Assembly: GCA_013822765.1 (NCBI GenBank)
Contig: PNKY01000012.1
Coordinates: 48,838-112,837 of the forward strand
Source: Rhodospirillum sp.
GTDB lineage: Bacteria; Pseudomonadota; Alphaproteobacteria; Dongiales; Dongiaceae
DNA length: 64,000 bases
Direction: 5' to 3'
A program made the translations under genes and the position numbers. Below are positions 56,937 to 64,000 of the stretch, in pieces. Numbering within the stretch: the stretch's first letter is position 1; the number at the start of each line of letters is the position of its first letter. The notes beneath the pieces were generated by a model that made no database searches, was not told the DNA's origin, and saw nothing but the letters and a program-made list of their open reading frames with translations.

Positions 56937-57833
56937 TTACTCCGCCGCCCGGCTGCTCGCCGGCTGGCGCACTTCCTTGAGGTAATCTTCGCGCAGCTGC
57001 TTGGTGACCGCGCCCGGGGTGAACTTGTATTCGCCGACCTGGCCGACCGGAGTCACCTCGGCGGCGGTGCCGACCAGGAACACTTCCTGCGACTTGCCGA
57101 GCTCGTCCGGCATGATGGCGCGCTCGACCACCTTGATCTGGCGCTTGCGCGCCAGCTCGATCACGGTCTGGCGCGTGATGCCGTTGAGAAAGCAGTCCGG
57201 CGTCGGCGTGTGCAGTTCGCCGTTCTGCACCAGGAAGACGTTGGCGCCGGTCGCCTCTGCCAGCTGGCCGCGGTAATCCAGCATCATGGCGTCCTGGTAG
57301 CCGTCCTTCTCCGCATCGTGCTTGGAGATGGTGCAGATCTGGTAGAGGCCCGAGGCCTTCGAGGCGGTCGGCGCGGTGTCCGGCGCCGGGCGGCGGTAGA
57401 CCGCCCATTTCAGCCGGATACCCTTCTCCAGCAGCTCCGGCGAGAAGTAGGACGGCCAGACCCAGGCGGCAATCGCAAGGTGGATCTTGGCCTGCTGGGC
57501 CGCGACCCCCATTTGCTCGCTGCCGCGCCAGGTGATGGCGCGGATGTAGAGATCGCCCCCGCCCATGGCCTTCACCACCTCGGCCTTGCCCTTCTCGATC
57601 TCGTCGACCGAATAGGGAATTTTGTAGCCCAGGATCTCCGCCGACTTGTGCAGTCGCTCGGAATGCGCCCGTGACTTGAAGACCTGGCCGCCATAGGCCC
57701 GCTCGCCCTCGAAGGCCGCCGCCGCGTAGTGCAGGGCGTGGCTGAGGACGTGGAGCTTGGCGTCGCGCCAGGGAATTAACTTTCCGTCGAACCAGATCTG
57801 TCCGTCACGGTCATCGAATGGGACCAAACTCAT
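56937..57833 (-). CDS. ilvE: Branched-chain amino acid aminotransferase
   Basis: HALHYA...FEG.RAY, YIR, KASGLY, EATGANVF, LNGITRQ, GTAAEVTP. Confidence 0.93.
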   Translation of the reverse strand: MSLVPFDDRDGQIWFDGKLIPWRDAKLHVLSHALHYAAAAFEGERAYGGQVFKSRAHSERLHKSAEILGYKIPYSVDEIEKGKAEVVKAMGGGDLYIRAITWRGSEQMGVAAQQAKIHLAIAAWVWPSYFSPELLEKGIRLKWAVYRRPAPDTAPTASKASGLYQICTISKHDAEKDGYQDAMMLDYRGQLAEATGANVFLVQNGELHTPTPDCFLNGITRQTVIELARKRQIKVVERAIMPDELGKSQEVFLVGTAAEVTPVGQVGEYKFTPGAVTKQLREDYLKEVRQPASSRAAE

Positions 57834-57915
57834 CGCTGACAACTCCACGCGAGGGGGGTAGGGGTTGTATTATGCTGTATCGTAGTCCACAGCAGACTTA
57901 GAACAATCGAACAAA

Positions 57916-57936
57916 TAAGTCAACATGGCTGACATA
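57916..57936. promoter_or_regulatory. Inverted repeat over the MarR start codon (probable autoregulatory operator)
   Basis: TAAGTCAAC-ATG-GCTGACATA imperfect palindrome. Confidence 0.5.
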
Positions 57937-58416
57937 AAATCACCAGCAAATCCGCTGTTTCTGCGCGAAGACGAGTTGCGGCAGGGCATCGAGATGCTGT
58001 TCTTCGCCTACCGCGATTTCACCGCCAAGGCCGACCAGACCCTTGCCGCATTTGGATTCGGCCGGGCCCACCACCGGGTGATCTATTTCGTCGGGCGCAA
58101 CCCAGGCATGACGGTGTCCGACCTGCTCGGCATCCTGCACATCACCAAGCAGAGCCTGAGCCGGGTCCTGGGCCAACTGGTGCGCCAGGGCTTCATCGTG
58201 CAGAAGCCGGGCTCGACCGACCGCCGCCAGCGCCTGCTCAGCCTGACCGACAAGGGCGCCGAGCTGGAGCGCAAGCTGACCGAGGAGCAGCGCGCCTTGA
58301 TCGCGCGCGCCTATCGCTCGGCCGGCGCCGACGCGGTCGAAGGCTTCCGCAAGGTGCTGCTTGGCATGATCGAGGAAGCGGACCGGCGCCGCTTCCGCCC
58401 CAGCCAGCCGCGCTAG
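57925..58416 (+). CDS. petP: MarR family regulator, PetP-like
   Basis: IEMLFFAYRDFT, GRAHHR, ITKQSLSRVL, DRRQR.L.LT; ilvE-petP-petR context. Confidence 0.85.
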   Translation: MADIKSPANPLFLREDELRQGIEMLFFAYRDFTAKADQTLAAFGFGRAHHRVIYFVGRNPGMTVSDLLGILHITKQSLSRVLGQLVRQGFIVQKPGSTDRRQRLLSLTDKGAELERKLTEEQRALIARAYRSAGADAVEGFRKVLLGMIEEADRRRFRPSQPR

Positions 58417-58428
58417 CGAACGGCGCGC

Positions 58429-59124
58429 ATGAGCGAGGTCCAGCCGCATATCCTGGTCGTCGATGACGACAAGCGGCTGCGCGATCTGATCGGCCGCTAT
58501 CTGACCGAGCAAGGTTATCGCGTCACCACCGCGGTCGACGCCGCCGACGGGCGCGCCAAGATGGCCGGCATCACCTTCGACCTGCTGGTGCTGGATGTCA
58601 TGATGCCGGGCGAAAGCGGGCTCGAGCTCTCGCGCAGCCTGCGCGAGAGCAGCCTGGTGCCGATTCTGCTGCTGACCGCGATGGGCGAATCCTCCGACCG
58701 CATCGCGGGCCTGGAGACCGGCGCCGACGACTATCTGGTGAAGCCGTTCGAGCCGCGCGAGCTTCTCCTGCGCATCAGCGCGATCCTGAAGCGCGCCAGC
58801 GTGCGGATCGAGCGCCAGACCAGCGTCGGCGCGGTGAAGTTCGGCGCCTTCGTATTCGAGCTGGAGCGGCGGCGCCTGTTCAAGTCCGGCGAGCCGGTCC
58901 ACCTCACCGAAGCCGAATCCGAATTGCTGTTCCAGCTGGCGCGGCGCGCGGGCCAGCCGGTGTCGCGCGAGGAGCTGGCGCCGCAGTCCGCCGACGAATC
59001 GGGCGAGAGCCGCTTGATCGACGTGCAGATGACGCGCCTCAGGCGCAAGATCGAGGACGACCCGCGCTTTCCCCGCTTCCTGCAGACCGTGCGCGGGCGC
59101 GGCTACATGCTGAAACCGGATTGA
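58429..59124 (+). CDS. petR: OmpR family response regulator, PetR-like
   Basis: LVVDDD, LDVMMPG, GADDYLVKPF, LQTVRGRGY. Confidence 0.88.
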   Translation: MSEVQPHILVVDDDKRLRDLIGRYLTEQGYRVTTAVDAADGRAKMAGITFDLLVLDVMMPGESGLELSRSLRESSLVPILLLTAMGESSDRIAGLETGADDYLVKPFEPRELLLRISAILKRASVRIERQTSVGAVKFGAFVFELERRRLFKSGEPVHLTEAESELLFQLARRAGQPVSREELAPQSADESGESRLIDVQMTRLRRKIEDDPRFPRFLQTVRGRGYMLKPD

Positions 59125-59128
59125 CCGC

Positions 59129-60469
59129 ATGATGATGGCGCTGCGCGCGTTGCTGGTGGAGCTCGAGGCGATGCTGCCGCGCTCGCTGCTCGGCCGCTCC
59201 ATCATGATCATCGTGACGCCGGTGGTGCTGCTGCAGGTGGTGTCGGCCTGGGTGTTCTACGACAGCCACTGGAACACCGTGACGCGCCGCCTGGCGCAGA
59301 GCGTCGCCGGCGACATCGCCGCCGCCATCCAGTTGATGCCGCATCCGATCAGCGAGGAGCGCGCCCGGCGCATCTTCCGCATCGCCGATTCCACCATGCG
59401 AGTGAATTTCGATTTCAAGCTCGGCGAGATCCTGCCCAACGATCCCACCATCATGCGCCAAAACCTGGTGGACCGGCAGCTGTCCGACGCGCTGGAGGCG
59501 CGGGTCGAGCGGCCCTTCATCATCGACAGCCGCTCGCTGCAGAACCAGGTCGAGATCCACGTGCAACTGCCCGAAGGCGTGCTGCAGGCGGTGGTGGAGC
59601 GCCGGCGCCTGTTCTCCTCCACCACCTACGTGTTCTTCCTGTGGATGCTCGGCACCTCGCTGGTGCTGCTCTCGATGGCGACCCTGTTCATGCGCGGGCA
59701 GGTGCGACCGATCAAGCGCCTGGCGCAAGCCGCCGATGATTTCGGCAAGGGCCGCGATGTCGGCGAGTTCGTGCTCGACGGCGCGGCGGAGGTCGAGGTC
59801 GCGGGCCGCGCCTTCAACCAGATGCGCGCCCGCATCCGCCGTCAGATCGCGCAGCGCACCGAGATGCTGGCGGGCGTCAGCCACGACCTGCGCACGCCCT
59901 TGACCCGCATGAAGCTGCAGCTCGCGATGATGGGCCAGAATCCGGCGATCGAGGACCTGAAGCGCGACGTCGACGACATGGAGCGCATGGTCAACGCCTA
60001 TCTCGCCTTCGCGCGCGGCGAAGGGACGGAAGTGCCGAGCGACACCGACATCGTCGCCACCGTCGAGGACGTGGTCAGCGGCGCGCGGCGCGAGGGCGCC
60101 CGCATCGGCTTCGCGGCCACCGAGTCCGAGCTCACCGTGCCGCTGCGGCGCGATGCCTTCCGCCGCGCCATCACCAACATCGTCGGCAACGCCCAGCGCT
60201 ACGGCGGGCGCATCGAGGTCGCGCTCAACCGCCGCCGCGGCAGCGTGGAAATCGTGGTCGACGATGACGGCCCCGGCGTGCCGAAGGACAGCCGCGAGGA
60301 GGTGTTCAAGCCGTTCTTCCGCCTCGATGGCTCGCGCAACGAGGAGACCGGCGGCACCGGCCTCGGCCTCACCATCGCGCGCGACATCCTGCGCAGCCAT
60401 GGCGGCGATCTCACCCTCGGCGATTCACCGCTCGGCGGCCTGCGCGCCGTTCTCAGGGTGCCGGTCTAG
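59129..60469 (+). CDS. EnvZ-like sensor histidine kinase
   Basis: Two TM segments, HAMP, GVSHDLRTPLTR, DDGPG, GTGLGL. Confidence 0.92.
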   Translation: MMMALRALLVELEAMLPRSLLGRSIMIIVTPVVLLQVVSAWVFYDSHWNTVTRRLAQSVAGDIAAAIQLMPHPISEERARRIFRIADSTMRVNFDFKLGEILPNDPTIMRQNLVDRQLSDALEARVERPFIIDSRSLQNQVEIHVQLPEGVLQAVVERRRLFSSTTYVFFLWMLGTSLVLLSMATLFMRGQVRPIKRLAQAADDFGKGRDVGEFVLDGAAEVEVAGRAFNQMRARIRRQIAQRTEMLAGVSHDLRTPLTRMKLQLAMMGQNPAIEDLKRDVDDMERMVNAYLAFARGEGTEVPSDTDIVATVEDVVSGARREGARIGFAATESELTVPLRRDAFRRAITNIVGNAQRYGGRIEVALNRRRGSVEIVVDDDGPGVPKDSREEVFKPFFRLDGSRNEETGGTGLGLTIARDILRSHGGDLTLGDSPLGGLRAVLRVPV

Positions 60470-60478
60470 AGTCCAATT

Positions 60479-61156
60479 ATGGTCCAACGCATTGTTCGCC
60501 AGTCGGTCGTCGGCCTCGCGATCATGCTGGTGCTGCTGTTCGTGCCGGCCGGAACGCTCGCCTGGCCCGCCGGCTGGATCTTTCTGATCGAGTTCAGCCT
60601 CGCCAGCGCCTTGATCGCGCGCTGGCTGCTGCGCCACAATCCTGATCTCCTGGCCGAGCGCATGAAGCCGCTGATCCAGCGCGATCAGAAACCGTGGGAC
60701 AAGGCGTTGATGGTGGTGTTCCTGTTCCTCTGGTGCGCCTGGTTCGTCGTGATGGCTCTCGACGCGGTGCGCTTCGGCTGGTCGGAGATACCGCTCTGGC
60801 TCCAAGTGCTCGGCGCGATCGCGATCGCAGTTTCGATGTACATCATGCACCTGATCATGCGCACCAACAGCTTCGCCGCGCCGGTGGTGAAGATCCAGGC
60901 CGAGCGCGGGCACCGCGTGATCAGCGACGGACCCTACGCGATCGTGCGGCATCCGATGTACGGCGGCACGCTGCTGCTGATCGTCGGGATTCCTCTGCTG
61001 CTCGGATCGTGGTGGGGCTTGGCGCTCTCGCCGGTCCTTATCCTGCTATTTGCCGTCCGTGCGGTGATGGAAGAGCGCACACTGATGGCGGAACTGCCGG
61101 GTTACAGCGACTACGCCGCGCGGGTGCGCTATCGGCTCGTTCCTTTCGTTTGGTAG
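60479..61156 (+). CDS. Isoprenylcysteine carboxyl methyltransferase family membrane protein
   Basis: N.FA...V.IQ, GPYAIVRHPMY, EERTL..ELPGY.DY..RVRYRL.P. Confidence 0.88.
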   Translation: MVQRIVRQSVVGLAIMLVLLFVPAGTLAWPAGWIFLIEFSLASALIARWLLRHNPDLLAERMKPLIQRDQKPWDKALMVVFLFLWCAWFVVMALDAVRFGWSEIPLWLQVLGAIAIAVSMYIMHLIMRTNSFAAPVVKIQAERGHRVISDGPYAIVRHPMYGGTLLLIVGIPLLLGSWWGLALSPVLILLFAVRAVMEERTLMAELPGYSDYAARVRYRLVPFVW

Positions 61157-61195
61157 GCTGGCCTCGGGCGAAGTCCGCTTAGCCAGGCCTAAGCT

Positions 61196-61314
61196 CCGTC
61201 ACCCCAAGGCTTGGCCTTGGGGTCCACGAGTTTGCCTACGCCAGTTTTGCCTGGGCCAGTACGGTCTGACTCTTCGGAACTCGTGGATGCCAAGGCCACG
61301 CCTTGGCATGACGG
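61196..61314. repeat. REP-like cruciform palindromic element (family 1)
   Basis: CCGTCAC-hairpin-TCCACGAGTT...AACTCGTGGA-hairpin-ATGACGG between convergent genes. Confidence 0.9.
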
Positions 61315-61350
61315 GAGGGTGAAAGCGGTTCGTTTTGAGCGGATGCCGCC

Positions 61351-62115
61351 CTACACCAGCCCGATCACCGAGACGTGGCGCCCGTAGTCTGGCTCCTTGC
61401 GCAGGCATGAGCGGCGGTAGCTGAAGAACGTGGCCGCTTCGGCGCAGGTGTCGCGGTATGCCACTTCGATCGCGCCGAGCTTCATGGCGGCGAGCTCGGC
61501 TGCGACATAGGATTCGAGGTCGAACATGTGGTGGCCGGCACGTTGCGCGGGGCGGAAGAAGCGCGCGTTGGACGGGTTCTGCGCCAGGAACGGCGCGGGA
61601 AATTCCGGCCCCACCTCGTAGCTCGCAGGGCCGATGCACGGGCCGACGCCGGCGCGGATGCGCTCTGGCCGGGCGCCGAGCGCGCACATCTGCTTCACTG
61701 TCGCCTGCAGCACGCCGCCGACGGCGCCGCGCCAGCCGGCATGCGCGGCGGCGACCACGCGCGCCTCCGGATCGGCGAACAGGATCGGCACGCAATCGGC
61801 CGACGACGCGGCAATCGCGATGTTCTTGCGCGTGGTGACGAGCGCGTCGACTTTGGGCCGCGGCCCGTCGCGCCATTCCTCTTCCACCACCAGCACGTCC
61901 GGCGAATGTACCTGGTGAGCGGTCAGCAGCGTGGTCGCGGGGATGCCGGCCATCGTCAGGACGCGGCGGCGATTCTCGCGCACGTGGTCGAGATTGTCGT
62001 CGGAGCCGAGTCCGCAGTTGAGCGAGTCATAGATGCCTTCGCTGACGCCGCCGGCGCGCGTCATGAAGCCGTGGCGGATGCCGGGAAGATCGCCGAGAAC
62101 GCCGAGGGTGATCAT
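61351..62115 (-). CDS. pgeF: Peptidoglycan editing factor PgeF (YfiH/DUF152)
   Basis: HGFMTRAGG, QVHS, ADCVPIL, HAGWRG, FFSYRR. Confidence 0.93.
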   Translation of the reverse strand: MITLGVLGDLPGIRHGFMTRAGGVSEGIYDSLNCGLGSDDNLDHVRENRRRVLTMAGIPATTLLTAHQVHSPDVLVVEEEWRDGPRPKVDALVTTRKNIAIAASSADCVPILFADPEARVVAAAHAGWRGAVGGVLQATVKQMCALGARPERIRAGVGPCIGPASYEVGPEFPAPFLAQNPSNARFFRPAQRAGHHMFDLESYVAAELAAMKLGAIEVAYRDTCAEAATFFSYRRSCLRKEPDYGRHVSVIGLV

Positions 62116-63182
62116 GGAAATCCGGCCAGCTCATGCAAAATCGGATGAGAAATCGCGAGCACCTTGAACAAGCTGCCCATTTGACGCGGATCGATCAAGC
62201 GCGTCATCGCCTGTGCGATCGCCACGCGGTCCTCTTCGTTCGCCTTTGCCGACAAGAGCGCCGCGCGGGTGCGAATGCCGAGGGTCTCCAGGAATGTCGC
62301 CTGCGCGACCGCGCCGTGGACCCGCGCGCCGGCCTCGCGCGCGGCATGCGCCACAGCGGCGAAATCGACATGCGCGGTCAGGTCTGCCGCGCCGACCTCC
62401 GTCAGCGGATCGCAGAAGCGATGCGCCTTGACCGCCTGCAGCGAGTCGCCGACCGCGCTTGCCGCCGGGCCGTAGTCGATGAACAAGGTGGCAATGCCGT
62501 CCTCCGCCACGCGCGCGCCGAGCGCACCGCCCAGCGACAAGGCGGCCGGGCACACCTCCGCCATCTCGCCCGGCTTGGCGCGCCGGTGCGCCGGTTGCAG
62601 CAGGCCGGTCTGCGCGCCTGGCGACATCAATGTCCAGCTCAGCCCATCACCGGCGAGATCGACGCCGCGTTCGCGCCAACCCTGCTCCGTCATCTGGAAC
62701 TGATGGATCGGAAGCGCATCGAGGAACTCGTTGCCGACGATGAGCGCCGGCCCGTCCGGCAGCGTGGTCGTATCGTCGTGCCACAGCGGATGAAAGGCGC
62801 CGAGCCGCTGCTCCTGCGCGTCGCGCAGGGGGCGGCTGATCTCCACCAGATGGAGGCGCATCGCGGAGAGGAACGCGGGGCGCACCTTGGCGGCGCGCAG
62901 CGCGTCCGCCATCAGCGTGCCGCGGCCCGGACCCAGTTCCACCAGCAGGAACGGATCGGGCGCGCCCGTGCGCTCCCACGCATCGACGCACCACAGGCCG
63001 ATCAGCTCGCCGAACATCTGGCTGATTTCCGGCGCGGTGACGAAATCACCCGCCCGGCCAAGCGGATCGCGCGTCTCGTAGTACCCGGCGCCCTCGCCGG
63101 CCAGCGAGAGACGCATGAACTCCGCGACCGTGACTGGCCCGCTCGCCGCGATCCGGCGCTTCAGGAGATCGAGGGCGGTCAC
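62112..63182 (-). CDS. SAM-dependent methyltransferase, MidA/NDUFAF7 family
   Basis: GDFVTAPEISQMFGE, VELGPGRGTL, NEFLDALP, DLTAHVDF, MGSLFKV. Confidence 0.93.
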   Translation of the reverse strand: MTALDLLKRRIAASGPVTVAEFMRLSLAGEGAGYYETRDPLGRAGDFVTAPEISQMFGELIGLWCVDAWERTGAPDPFLLVELGPGRGTLMADALRAAKVRPAFLSAMRLHLVEISRPLRDAQEQRLGAFHPLWHDDTTTLPDGPALIVGNEFLDALPIHQFQMTEQGWRERGVDLAGDGLSWTLMSPGAQTGLLQPAHRRAKPGEMAEVCPAALSLGGALGARVAEDGIATLFIDYGPAASAVGDSLQAVKAHRFCDPLTEVGAADLTAHVDFAAVAHAAREAGARVHGAVAQATFLETLGIRTRAALLSAKANEEDRVAIAQAMTRLIDPRQMGSLFKVLAISHPILHELAGFP

Positions 63183-63228
63183 GCCGTGAGGCCTCTCCCA
63201 GGAGAAGAGTGTGGCCCCGTCATCACGC

Positions 63229-64000
63229 TCACTTCGCGCCTTCCGTCACCCGCGGCTTGCGCATCACCAGGTACAGCCCGAACAGGAACATCGGCAGGCT
63301 GAGGACCTGGCCCCAGGTCAGGAAGCTGTAGGCGCCGAGATTCACTTCCGGCTCGCGGAAGACCTCGCCGATCGCGCGCGCGATCGCGTAGCCGATCAGG
63401 AACAGCCCGGTCAGCATGCCGAGCCGCTCGCGGACCGCCTGCTGGCGCGCCACCCAATGCAGGATGACGAACAGCACGATGCCCTCCAGCGCCGCCTGGT
63501 AGAGCTGGCTCGGGTGGCGCGGCTGCATGTCGACCTGCGGGAAGATGAAGGCCCAGGGCACATCAGTCGGACGCCCGGGCAACTCGCCATTCACGAAATT
63601 CGCGATGCGGCCGAGGAACAAGCCGATCGGCGTCGAGGCAGCCATCACGTCGGAGAACGCGAACGGACTGAGCTTCTGGCTGCGCGCATAGAGCACGATC
63701 GCGAGGATGACGCCGATCAGGCCACCGTGGAACGCCATGCCGCCCTTCCAGATCATGAAGATCTCCAGCGGATGGGCGAGATAGTAGCCCGGCGCCCACA
63801 GCAGCACCTGCCCCAGCCGGCCGCCGACGATGATCCCGACGGTGACCCAGACCATGAGATCGTCGAGCTGGGTGCGCGAGACCCGCTGCGGCACCAACTG
63901 CGCCTGCCAGATGCAGTAGCGCCATGCCAGCAGGATGCCGACGATGTAGGCGAGCGCGTACCAGCGAATCGCAATGGGTCCGATCTGCAAAGCGACCGGA
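63229..64000 (-). CDS. lgt: Prolipoprotein diacylglyceryl transferase (5' end beyond the window)
   Basis: IRWYALAY, GGRLG, GGMAFHGG, GRIANFVNGE, RHPSQLY. Confidence 0.95.
   Translation of the reverse strand, partial: PVALQIGPIAIRWYALAYIVGILLAWRYCIWQAQLVPQRVSRTQLDDLMVWVTVGIIVGGRLGQVLLWAPGYYLAHPLEIFMIWKGGMAFHGGLIGVILAIVLYARSQKLSPFAFSDVMAASTPIGLFLGRIANFVNGELPGRPTDVPWAFIFPQVDMQPRHPSQLYQAALEGIVLFVILHWVARQQAVRERLGMLTGLFLIGYAIARAIGEVFREPEVNLGAYSFLTWGQVLSLPMFLFGLYLVMRKPRVTEGAK

Noticed and set aside
23041-61314. Palindromic repeats as CRISPR repeats or integron attC sites
   Set aside because: Dispersed rather than arrayed; no spacers, cas or intI genes; no RYYYAAC/GTTRRRY ends.

Overview
GC-rich alphaproteobacterial chromosome segment (Rhodospirillales-like gene content; the taxon is an inference). 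Left to right: a BTAD/TPR regulator; the HDAC-xseB-ispA-(MATE)-tlyA-eamA run, in which a MATE gene sits where dxs usually is; paaG-cysQ-sua5; an accessory block (~11.0-14.7 kb) with two equal-length Crp-family paralogs, two tandem small paralogous proteins, a DUF2934 protein and four copies of a palindrome GTHCG-N4-CGTAC; a co-oriented run DUF992-FAD oxidoreductase-GNAT-phosphonate monoester hydrolase-pgi-dimethylformamidase-like small and large subunits; a divergent HisD paralog between two stand-alone PAS genes; SRAP, an FAD oxidoreductase and a DMT; a ~22.6 kb cobalamin biosynthesis and cobalt uptake cluster under a B12 riboswitch, with both CbiX and CobN, cbiD and cbiG-cobJ but no cobG/cobF in the window; a PleC/DivJ-like kinase, arsC, a soluble chemoreceptor, moaDE, ilvE, petP-petR-kinase, and pgeF-midA-lgt. 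Five REP-like palindromic elements were seen. No tRNA, rRNA, CRISPR array, integrase or transposase was seen. All calls come from motif recognition by eye; no database search was run.
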